Shown here one piece after another: positions 16,801 to 23,894 of a DNA stretch of 64,000 bases. This DNA comes from a virus, in IMG/VR virus record IMGVR_UViG_2568526245_000002; one strand, 5' to 3'. The number at the start of each line of letters is the position of its first letter. Position 1 is the first letter of the stretch. The position numbers were made by a program, and so were the translations under genes. A model generated the notes under the pieces. That model ran no database searches, had not been told where the DNA came from, and was given only the letters and a program-made list of their open reading frames with translations.

Positions 16801-16916
16801 GTCGGGAGCATCCTGTAGATCAGCCAGCCGTAGAACGGAGCCACCAGGGCCAGCACGCCGATGGCCGACGCAATTTCGATGAGCGCCCGGCGGGCTCCAG
16901 TTGCATTTGGCTTCAT
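16797..16916 (-). CDS. 39-aa membrane peptide (MKPNATGARRALIEIASAIGVLALVAPFYGWLIYRMLPT), absent from ORF track
   Basis: Translated by hand; GGAGG SD; ATGA coupling on both sides. Confidence 0.65.
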   Translation of the reverse strand: MKPNATGARRALIEIASAIGVLALVAPFYGWLIYRMLPT

Positions 16917-17284
16917 GCGGAGGCCCCTCCCTTGGCTTTGTCGATTGCGCTTCGGGCAGCCTCGATCGCCGCAGTTGTGATCGCGTTGCGATGCTGCGGC
17001 AGATAGCCGACCAGCGCGCAGTACGCCTGCTCCAGGGCGATGAGTAATTCGGGTCCGTAGCTTTCAACGCGCCGCCGTGCTGCGCGTTCCGCCCGCTTGC
17101 GGTTGTCGCGCTCGATTGCAGACTGCGCTTCCTGTTCGGTGGCGTAGAACCTGTACCAGTCAGCGCGCTTCGCGATGCGCGTGCCGTCGGCTCGAACGTA
17201 GTACGCCTTCGTTTCCCGAACGAACTCACAGCGGCTAGCTGCGTCTCGGCCGGCCCGGACTTGAAAGCGGGTGATTGGATTCAT
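16913..17284 (-). CDS. Hypothetical phage protein
   Basis: ORF with ATGA coupling. Confidence 0.7.
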   Translation of the reverse strand: MNPITRFQVRAGRDAASRCEFVRETKAYYVRADGTRIAKRADWYRFYATEQEAQSAIERDNRKRAERAARRRVESYGPELLIALEQAYCALVGYLPQHRNAITTAAIEAARSAIDKAKGGASA

Positions 17285-17502
17285 ACCCGAGTGCTCCTGA
17301 GTTCTGCCCAGCGCGAATCCGCTGCGGCGTCGAGCCGGCGGCGCATATCGTCGTAGAGGCGGGTGTCGATGAAGTCCACTGCGTAGGCCAGTTCGATCTG
17401 GCCGTGGAGGAAGCTCTGTTCGGGGCGCGGGAAGTGGGACCGGCGCATGGCCGTGATGCCTTCCTCAATCATTCGAACCGCGCGTTCATTGCTGAAGGCC
17501 AT
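17281..17502 (-). CDS. 73-aa hypothetical protein (MAFSNERAVRMIEEG...)
   Basis: AGGAGG SD before ATG 17502. Confidence 0.7.
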   Translation of the reverse strand: MAFSNERAVRMIEEGITAMRRSHFPRPEQSFLHGQIELAYAVDFIDTRLYDDMRRRLDAAADSRWAELRSTRV

Positions 17503-17635
17503 CGTCGTCCTCCTGCTCGTCCTCGGGCTCCGTTTCCGGCTCCGGCTGGTCCCAGAGAGGGTCGACGGCACGGTCGTAAGCGAGTTGCGCGTTGCTGAAA
17601 GCCGCGCGGTTGCGGCGCTCGCGGTATGTCCACAT
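17486..17635 (-). CDS. 49-aa peptide with basic N-terminus and very acidic tail (MWTYRERRNRAAFSNAQLAYDRAVDPLWDQPEPETEPEDEQEDDDGLQQ), absent from ORF track
   Basis: Translated by hand; GGAG SD; overlaps the next start. Confidence 0.65.
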   Translation of the reverse strand: MWTYRERRNRAAFSNAQLAYDRAVDPLWDQPEPETEPEDEQEDDDGLQQ

Positions 17636-17734
17636 CGGGATGCTCTCCGTGGTTCACCTGCATTCGGCAGCACCCAGGCACACGGCAGTCGTGCCCGGTG
17701 GGGCGCCGTGGTGGGTGCTCTTGAATGGAGGTTG

Positions 17735-17758
17735 AAAAAAGCCCGGCCGGAGCCGGGC
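17735..17758 (-). terminator. Rho-independent terminator after the csrA-like gene
   Basis: GCCCGG-CTCCGG-CCGGGC followed by TTTTTT on the minus strand. Confidence 0.85.
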
Positions 17759-17779
17759 AAGCGGGGGGATGAAACGGGG

Positions 17780-18151
17780 TCAGGAAACAGCGGTGCAGTT
17801 GCGCAGCAGCACCGGCGTGGCCTGGCCCTCGACCCACACGACAGCCATGCCGGCGGCGGATAGCCGAGCCGGCCCGAGCGTGCGAGTTCGAACGGGTGTG
17901 GCGTCCCGGTACGCGCAATAATCAACAGTGGCCGGGCCGGAATGCCTGCTGTTCCAGGCTTCGACAAGATCTGCCGGCGGCACAGGGCGGACGTTTCCGG
18001 TACGCGCATAGATTTCAGAACGGTGGATCGCAACGTCGTCCGGGGCAGTGATGCCGAGGCGGATCTGGCCGCCTCTGTTCTCGACGACGGTCACGGTGAT
18101 GTCGTCGCCAATGTGCAGGGTTTCGCCGACTCGGCGGGTGAGGATCAGCAT
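17780..18151 (-). CDS. csrA: CsrA/RsmA-family RNA-binding protein fused to a ~60-aa C-terminal domain
   Basis: [48 protein letters not shown] is a canonical CsrA including the R44-equivalent; extension AWNS...VDY...RTRT...AVVW...NC. Confidence 0.93.
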   Translation of the reverse strand: MLILTRRVGETLHIGDDITVTVVENRGGQIRLGITAPDDVAIHRSEIYARTGNVRPVPPADLVEAWNSRHSGPATVDYCAYRDATPVRTRTLGPARLSAAGMAVVWVEGQATPVLLRNCTAVS

Positions 18152-18185
18152 GTGTGCCTCCGTTCAGGATGCTGGGCGCGCGGAC

Positions 18186-18398
18186 TCATGCCGGCTCGCA
18201 GTTGGAAAGGGCAACGCAACCGGACACTCCGGCGAGCCAGACGACAGCAGTGTGTCCGCCGAGCACCTGGGCTTCGGTTGTCGTCCGGGTGCGCTTCGGC
18301 GCCGCGCCGCGATGGAATCGGTAGTCGACCTCGGTTCCGGCGGGGTATGCGGAATTCCAGGCAGCAACGGTCGCCGCCGGGTTGGCGTTTCGCTTCAT
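18186..18398 (-). CDS. 70-aa stand-alone paralog of the CsrA C-terminal extension domain
   Basis: CCGGAGAC SD before ATG 18398; 25/58 identities, ungapped (hand alignment), to the C-domain of 17780..18151. Confidence 0.8.
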   Translation of the reverse strand: MKRNANPAATVAAWNSAYPAGTEVDYRFHRGAAPKRTRTTTEAQVLGGHTAVVWLAGVSGCVALSNCEPA

Positions 18399-18451
18399 CG
18401 GGTGTCTCCGGATAGAGTTCGGTGATGCCCTGCTACCGGCAGGGCGGCGGG

Positions 18452-18661
18452 TTATTGCGCGAAGCGGGCGTGCAGCTCGGCCTCTTCGGACTTGCGCGCT
18501 TCCAGGCACTGGGCATTTGCAATTGCCAGTTCCAAGGCTTCGCACAGTTCGCGGGCGTGGGCATGCAACTCGCCTGCAATGCGGCCGGTGTAGTTGAGCT
18601 TGGCGAGCTGATGCTGGCGGACGCGCTGTTCTTCCAGCATGGCCTTCAGTTGTTCAATCAT
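18452..18661 (-). CDS. 69-aa helical hypothetical protein
   Basis: GAGG SD; ORF fills the gap between stem-loops. Confidence 0.6.
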   Translation of the reverse strand: MIEQLKAMLEEQRVRQHQLAKLNYTGRIAGELHAHARELCEALELAIANAQCLEARKSEEAELHARFAQ

Positions 18662-18703
18662 GTCCGTCCCTCGGTGATGCCCCGGCGAACCGGGGCATGC
18701 TCC

Positions 18704-18877
18704 TTATGCGGCTTTCACCTTGCAGGCGCGGGCCTGCAGCTCTTTGCCGTTCACTTCGACGACCAGGTACTCACCGCCACCGCGGCCGGTGCCCTTGTTG
18801 ATGGTGCGCAGGAACTTGCCTTCCTTCGCGACGCCACGCGGGTTGGTCAGGATCACGGACTGGCCTTTCTTGAACAT
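18704..18877 (-). CDS. 57-aa basic KOW/SH3-like protein, first gene of the pL operon
   Basis: GAGGA SD before ATG 18877; FKKGQSVILT...EG...G...YLVVEVNG beta-barrel pattern (inference). Confidence 0.6.
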   Translation of the reverse strand: MFKKGQSVILTNPRGVAKEGKFLRTINKGTGRGGGEYLVVEVNGKELQARACKVKAA

Positions 18878-19142
18878 CGGTGTTTCCTCTCGTTGTGGTT
18901 TCCCGTATGCCCCTCCCGTACTGGCGAGGGGCATCTAGGAAATCGATGTTGCGGTCCGCTGTTACTGATCGCGCCACCTGCGGATGGGCGCATTTCTGCT
19001 TGGCTCCAGTCGGTCCCTGTCTGTTGGTAGGCAGTTTCAGAGGCCTACTCCACGGGGCTGGGGGAGGTTTTTCGCCACCTACCTGGCTATCCGGCGAGTC
19101 TCCGGCTTGTTGTCGTCACGATGTTCTGTGTCGATGAGATAA

Positions 19143-19185
19143 AAATTACCAGTGGCATTTAAGTAATGTCAATGCTGATGGTAAT
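19143..19185 (-). promoter_or_regulatory. pL promoter with two 15-bp repressor operators
   Basis: Minus-strand TTGACA (19172-19167) with a TAATTT-type -10; operators ATTACCAGTGGCATT (19145-19159) and AATGCTGATGGTAAT (19171-19185) resemble the OR sites. Confidence 0.75.
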
Positions 19186-19214
19186 AAAATTTTCCAACGC
19201 TCATCAGGCACAGG

Positions 19215-19255
19215 TTGAATGGGTGAGGTGGCGGGTATACTGTATTTATATACAG
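19215..19255 (+). promoter_or_regulatory. SOS promoter with a LexA box
   Basis: TTGAAT-17-TACTGT; CTGTATTTATATACAG (19240-19255) is a near-consensus CTG-N10-CAG overlapping the -10. Confidence 0.9.
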
Positions 19256-19271
19256 CTAGCGGGAGGTGCTT

Positions 19272-19541
19272 ATGGCTAAGCAACAGAAGAAGCAGCAGGT
19301 GGTGAAACCGCTGACGGCAGCCGAACGGCTGGGCCTGCGCGTTTCAGAGATGATCAATTCACCGAAGGCTCAGGATCTGAGGATGGTGACAATTCACCGG
19401 CTGGACACGGATTCCGATGAAGCATGGGAGGGAGTGATGGGAGTACTTGCCGAGACGGACGGTCTTGAGCTGATCTTTAACGATGACGGTACCGTCACTC
19501 TTAAGTGGGAGAAGCAGGAGAGGGAGGAGGAGGCCTGGTAG
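19272..19541 (+). CDS. DUF1654-family protein, LexA-regulated
   Basis: ERLGLRVSEMINSPKAQ...IHRLDTD.DEAW..V...LAETDG......DG.V.L.W; GGAGG SD. Confidence 0.75.
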   Translation: MAKQQKKQQVVKPLTAAERLGLRVSEMINSPKAQDLRMVTIHRLDTDSDEAWEGVMGVLAETDGLELIFNDDGTVTLKWEKQEREEEAW

Positions 19542-19550
19542 GCTGGATAC

Positions 19551-19578
19551 GAAAAGCCCCGCGTGGGGCGGGGCTTGT
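19551..19578. terminator. Bidirectional terminator between DUF1654 and cI
   Basis: AAGCCCCGC-GTGGG-GCGGGGCTT with A/T flanks between convergent genes. Confidence 0.75.
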
Positions 19579-19593
19579 TAAGCAAGGCGCGTA

Positions 19594-20379
19594 TCAGTGC
19601 TTCCTACGCCTGAGTACCGACCACCAGAATACCCAGCCCATGATGCTGAGGTTGTTCTCGCGCATCTGGTCCTTGGTGTACTCCTCGTCTGGGTATTCGT
19701 CACGGTTAAAGCTGCGTAGGCGGATGCCACCACCAGGCAATCGGTAGACGAACTTCACCCGTAGCATGTCATCGTGTTTCAACGCATAAATCTCGCCATC
19801 GATTATCGTATGGGCGGATAGGTCAACCCCGATGATGGCGCCATCGGCAATCAGAGGCTCCATGCTGTTGCCACTGACATTCACGCAGACCGAATGTTTT
19901 GGATCCACCCCCGACTCGCGCAGACCAGCCTTCGCGAACCTGATTTTTTGCTTGGCCTGCTCACGGTCGGGATAGCGACCGTCCCCCGCGGCGATTTGGA
20001 TCTCGTCGAAGTACGGTATTTCAACCTCATCCGGGTCGAGCGGGTCCCCCACCTCGAAACTGGACATGGGCGTAAGTTCGCCCTCTGTCTCCGCTTTAGG
20101 CGCCGGCCGGAGAGTCTTCGCCATATCCGTTATTTCGTCCGCTAGGCGCGGACTGAACTCCCGAACATGAACCTGGAGAATTTCTGCGAATGCCGCCGCT
20201 GCCTGGGCGTTCAAAGGGTTCACGCCATTCAGGTAGTGGCTAACGGAGCTTTGGTTGATCCCAAGGAGGTGGGCGAGCTTCTCCTGCGTTAGACCGAGGT
20301 CACGCTTTCTGCTGTTGAAGATGGCCTTCAGTTGAAGGCACTCGTCTTTTCTGTCTGGTGGAAGAGGTTTTTTGCTCAT
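19594..20379 (-). CDS. cI: CI-type phage repressor (HTH plus S24 autopeptidase)
   Basis: LTQEKLAHLLGINQSSVSHYLNG HTH; VSGNSMEP and LRVK catalytic Ser/Lys; likely start ATG 20379. Confidence 0.95.
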   Translation of the reverse strand: MSKKPLPPDRKDECLQLKAIFNSRKRDLGLTQEKLAHLLGINQSSVSHYLNGVNPLNAQAAAAFAEILQVHVREFSPRLADEITDMAKTLRPAPKAETEGELTPMSSFEVGDPLDPDEVEIPYFDEIQIAAGDGRYPDREQAKQKIRFAKAGLRESGVDPKHSVCVNVSGNSMEPLIADGAIIGVDLSAHTIIDGEIYALKHDDMLRVKFVYRLPGGGIRLRSFNRDEYPDEEYTKDQMRENNLSIMGWVFWWSVLRRRKH

Positions 20380-20390
20380 CTTCGAATCGT

Positions 20391-20456
20391 ATTCCCACAG
20401 GTAATATTTCAGCAAATGCCTATAGCATTGAAATGTTTAAATGCCACAGGTAATAT
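20391..20456 (+). promoter_or_regulatory. OR operator triplet and pR promoter
   Basis: ATTCCCACAGGTAAT (20391-20405), AATGCCTATAGCATT (20415-20429), AATGCCACAGGTAAT (20440-20454); TTGAAA(20428)-17-TAATAT(20451). Confidence 0.85.
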
Positions 20457-20487
20457 TCTGGTGTGAGGAACACTTTGGAGAGCGGTC

Positions 20488-20688
20488 ATGAACCGAGTAC
20501 ACATCAAGACATTTGCCTCCGAGCACGGGCAGTCCAGGGCTGCGGCGCTACTCGGCATCACTCAAGGGGCACTCAGCAAGGCTTTGCGTGTTGGTCGTGA
20601 CATCTACGTCACCGCGCATGCTGATGGGACTTTCACTGCCGAGGAGGTGCGCACCTTTCCGGCCCAGAAGGTGCGCTTCGTTTCTTGA
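20488..20688 (+). CDS. cro: Lambda-type Cro repressor
   Basis: HGQSRAAALLGITQGALSKALRVGRDIYV...AEEVRTFP; divergent from cI. Confidence 0.9.
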   Translation: MNRVHIKTFASEHGQSRAAALLGITQGALSKALRVGRDIYVTAHADGTFTAEEVRTFPAQKVRFVS

Positions 20689-20790
20689 CATGGACTGGTT
20701 CGTAGCAGGAGTGACTGCTGCAAGTAGATGCGTCAGCCAGCGCTTGGCGCAGGAGAACCAGGGCCTATGGGAACCGAGAACAGGGCTGAC

Positions 20791-21807
20791 ATGCAGTTCA
20801 CCGTGACGATCAATCAAGCGAAAGCGCTCGAGTGGGGGCTGAACTCGCAGCAGGCGCTGCTGTTCGCCTTCGTCTACGAGTGCCCGAGTTGGGCGCGCCT
20901 GGTGCAGACGCCCGCAGGTGATTTCTACGCCCTGAGCAAAGCGAAGATCCTTGAGGAGTTGCCGCTGCTGACGGACAAGCCGGACACCGCGTACCGCTTG
21001 CTGAAGCAGATCGCGGCGGCTGGGGTGATCGATCTGTCGAGCACAGCAACCATCACGCTCGTGCGCCTGACTGCGAAAGGGCAGGAGTGGAATCGGAAAC
21101 TGGACGGGTCGGAAAAATATCCGACCCAGGTCGGAGAAAAATCCGAGGTCGGAAATTCTTCCGAGGTCGGAGAAAAATCCGATGCAGGTAGGTCGGAAAA
21201 ATCTCCGACCAAGATCGGAAAAAAATCCGGGGTAGGTCGGAAAAAAATCCGTTCAGGGTCGGAAAAATCTCCGACAAATCAGGTAACCAGTAATCAGGTA
21301 ACCAGTAATCAGGGTACCAATCAGGATATTGCCGGGGAGGCTGCGCCGGCCCCGGGCGGGGAATTCGTCGGCGCCGAGCAAGAGCCCGGGCCGCGCTGCC
21401 AGATACCGGCCGACATGCCAGGCCCGAAAGACCCGAACTGCAAGGCGTACCGCACATGGGCCAACTACGCGATGGCCTATCGCACTCGATACACCGCTTG
21501 GCCGGTTTGGAACGCGTCGGTTGCCGGCAAGCTTTCGAAGCTGATCGATCGTGTGGGCCAGGCCGACGCGCCAAAGGTGGCCGCGTTCTACGTCAAGTGC
21601 ATCCACGATGCTCGACTGATTGCTCAGCACCATCCCCTCGGCCTGTTGCTGGCGAACGCTGAGGGCTACCACACGATGTGGCTGACCAATCGCCCGACCA
21701 CCGGAACGCAGGCACGCCAGCAGGAGAACACCGCATCGAACTTGTCCGCCGCTGAACAGGCCCTGGCCGAGCAGCGCGCGAGGAGGGCGGCCCATGCTGA
21801 CGCCTGA
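20791..21807 (+). CDS. Phage replication initiation protein containing the origin
   Basis: MQFTVTINQAKALEWGLN...wHTH N-domain; internal iterons; position after cro. Confidence 0.8.
   Translation: MQFTVTINQAKALEWGLNSQQALLFAFVYECPSWARLVQTPAGDFYALSKAKILEELPLLTDKPDTAYRLLKQIAAAGVIDLSSTATITLVRLTAKGQEWNRKLDGSEKYPTQVGEKSEVGNSSEVGEKSDAGRSEKSPTKIGKKSGVGRKKIRSGSEKSPTNQVTSNQVTSNQGTNQDIAGEAAPAPGGEFVGAEQEPGPRCQIPADMPGPKDPNCKAYRTWANYAMAYRTRYTAWPVWNASVAGKLSKLIDRVGQADAPKVAAFYVKCIHDARLIAQHHPLGLLLANAEGYHTMWLTNRPTTGTQARQQENTASNLSAAEQALAEQRARRAAHADA
21109..21326. repeat. Replication origin: eight 16-bp iterons TCGGA-N6-TCCG(A) followed by AATCAGG-based tandem repeats
   Basis: Copies read directly from 21109 to 21274; AATCAGGTAACCAGT x2 plus two degenerate copies 21277-21326. 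Confidence 0.85.
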
Positions 21808-22651
21808 CCAGCAGGACGCCCTGCTGCTTTCCCTGTTCGGCACCGCCGAGGCAATGGGGCAGCAACTTACGCCAGCCGCGGCCCAGCTCATGGTTCAAGA
21901 CCTGGCTGCCTACGAAGAGCCAGTGCTGACCGCCGCGTTGCAGGCCGTTCGCCGGGAGGGCGGACGATTCACGGTTGCCGCTGTACTCCGGCATGTCGAG
22001 TCCGCCGACGGTCGGCCCGAGCCGAACGAGGCCTGGGCAATCGCCCTGCAGAGCTTCGACGAGGCTGAAACGGTACTTATGACGCCGGAAATCCAGCAGG
22101 CGGCTGTGGTCGCCGCACCGCTCATGAAGGGGCGTGGTGACCGGGTGGGCGCGCGCATGGCGTTCATTGCCGCCTACGAGCGCCTGCTCACTCGTGCCAG
22201 GCAGCAGGCGCTGCCCGCGAGGTGGTCGCTGTCGTTGGGCAGCGATGCGGGCCGCCGAGCTGCTGCGATCGAGGAAGCGGAACGCCTGGGGCGTCTGCCG
22301 GCGCCGGCAGCGCAGTTGCTGCTCGAACAGCACGTACTCGAGCCGGTTACGCCGGCCGGTAGCGCAATCGCCGGGCTGCTGACTGGCCCCTCCGACCGGC
22401 TGCTGGCACTGACGAATGACCCACTGACCCGCGAAGCCCTTGCGAGGGAGGCTGCTGGTGGGGGGGATGTGCCAGACGACATCCGTAGGCGGCTTGAAGG
22501 CATCAAGAAGCGCTTGGTCCGCAGGGAAAAGGCGAAGGCCCGACTGCGTGATCGCCACCTGCGCCACGAGCGCGAAGACATGGACCGTCGGCGCGCCGCG
22601 GTTCTTCAAACCATCGATCAGCTACAGAGCCAGGAGGTTCAACATGGCTGA
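21794..22651 (+). CDS. Putative helicase loader / lambda P-position replication protein
   Basis: Overlaps the initiator stop; DGRPEPNEAWAIAL motif typical of proteins in this slot. Confidence 0.55.
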   Translation: MLTPDQQDALLLSLFGTAEAMGQQLTPAAAQLMVQDLAAYEEPVLTAALQAVRREGGRFTVAAVLRHVESADGRPEPNEAWAIALQSFDEAETVLMTPEIQQAAVVAAPLMKGRGDRVGARMAFIAAYERLLTRARQQALPARWSLSLGSDAGRRAAAIEEAERLGRLPAPAAQLLLEQHVLEPVTPAGSAIAGLLTGPSDRLLALTNDPLTREALAREAAGGGDVPDDIRRRLEGIKKRLVRREKAKARLRDRHLRHEREDMDRRRAAVLQTIDQLQSQEVQHG

Positions 22652-23198
22652 AGCACTATCAACCCAGGCGCACGTCAAGAGCGCGGCGGCGACGAAGAGG
22701 AAGCGCGCCGGACGGCCGATCTACCTGGAGTTCAAGCGCATGGTCGACCCGGACACCGGCGAGGTTCGCCTGGCCCTGGTCGCCGACAGCGGCATCGACA
22801 AGTTTCTGCTCAAGGAGCGCGGGTATAGGGCCGGCGCAAAGGTGCGCGCAGAGCTGAAGCAACCGCGGGACGTTCGTAAGCACCGCCTGGTTCACAGGTT
22901 GGGCCAACTGGTCGCGCGCAATGTGGATGGGTTCCAGGGGATGGATGCGCACTCGGTGATCAAGAAGCTACAGGGAGACGCAGGGGTTTGCTGTAGCTCG
23001 GAGTATTTCGACCTGGGCGGGCTGGGGCGCGTGTCGCGCCTGGTGCCGGAGTCGTTGGCGTTCGACGAAATGCCCGAGGAGCGGTTCTTGGAGTTCTGGA
23101 GAGGCATCTGCCAGCACCTGATCGAGCACTACTGGACGGGCATGAGCGAAGAGCAGATCGGCGACATGATCAACATGATGCCCGAGGAGGTGGTGTGA
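22644..23198 (+). CDS. NinB/DUF1367-like recombination protein
   Basis: PRDVRKHRL...SLAFDEMPEERFLEF motif; GGAGG SD before ATG 22644. Confidence 0.6.
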   Translation: MAEALSTQAHVKSAAATKRKRAGRPIYLEFKRMVDPDTGEVRLALVADSGIDKFLLKERGYRAGAKVRAELKQPRDVRKHRLVHRLGQLVARNVDGFQGMDAHSVIKKLQGDAGVCCSSEYFDLGGLGRVSRLVPESLAFDEMPEERFLEFWRGICQHLIEHYWTGMSEEQIGDMINMMPEEVV

Positions 23199-23812
23199 TG
23201 CTGGTCGCCGCGAAGAAGCCTCGCAAGAAGACGTGCAAGGCGTGCCGGGAGGTATTCACTCCAGAGCGATCGCTACAGTCAGTGTGCAGTCCGAAGTGCG
23301 GATTGGCGTTGGCGGCTGCCAAGCGCGAGAGAGAGCGGAAGTCTCTGGCGAAGATGGAGCGCCGCGAGATCCGTGCGGCCAAGGAACGTTTCAAGACCCG
23401 TTCGGACCATATGCGTGAGGCTCAGGCCGCTTTCAACGAGTGGGTTCGCCTGCGAGACGCCGACAAGCCATGTATCAGTTGCGATTCCATGGCCTGTGAC
23501 ACAGGGCTGATCACCGGCAGTCGCTGGGATGCAGGGCATTACCGCTCCGTCGGTGCCTGTCAGGCTCTGCGCTTCGAGCCGCTGAACGTGCATCGGCAGT
23601 GCGTGCGCTGCAACAGGGACATGTCCGGCAACGCGGTGGAGTACCGCATACGCTTGGTCCAGCGCATCGGCGCCGAGAAAGTCGAATGGCTGGAGGGGCC
23701 GCACGAGCCGCGGCGGTTTCCTATCGACGAACTGAAGGAGATCAAGGCCAAGTATCGAGCGCTGTCTCGGGAATTGAAGCGCAAGATGGGGAGGGGAGTA
23801 GGGCATGGCTGA
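23195..23812 (+). CDS. ninG: NinG/Rap-family endonuclease
   Basis: KTCKAC...CSPKC...AFNEWVRLRD...CISC...DAGHYRS...NVHRQCVRCN. Confidence 0.92.
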   Translation: MMLVAAKKPRKKTCKACREVFTPERSLQSVCSPKCGLALAAAKRERERKSLAKMERREIRAAKERFKTRSDHMREAQAAFNEWVRLRDADKPCISCDSMACDTGLITGSRWDAGHYRSVGACQALRFEPLNVHRQCVRCNRDMSGNAVEYRIRLVQRIGAEKVEWLEGPHEPRRFPIDELKEIKAKYRALSRELKRKMGRGVGHG

Positions 23813-23894
23813 CCCTCAGTTCAAGGAGTGGCTGCAGGAGCAGTGGCGCATTCTGCATCAACACGGGCTCATCGCTGAAGGGGAGAGCAGATGA
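23805..23894 (+). CDS. 29-aa peptide (MADPQFKEWLQEQWRILHQHGLIAEGESR)
   Basis: Translated by hand; SD present; bridges ninG and the next gene by overlaps. Confidence 0.45.
   Translation: MADPQFKEWLQEQWRILHQHGLIAEGESR

Noticed and set aside
18878-19135. pL leader as an RsmY/RsmZ-like GGA sponge
   Set aside because: About nine GGAs, but few in ANGGA context or clear loops; enrichment over background is modest
20690-20806. cII-like ORF between cro and the initiator (MDWFVAG...)
   Set aside because: No SD, no HTH and no similarity to cII
21109-21326. Possible CRISPR array
   Set aside because: Repeats are 16 bp with spacers of only a few bases, lie inside a CDS and have no cas genes nearby; better explained as iterons
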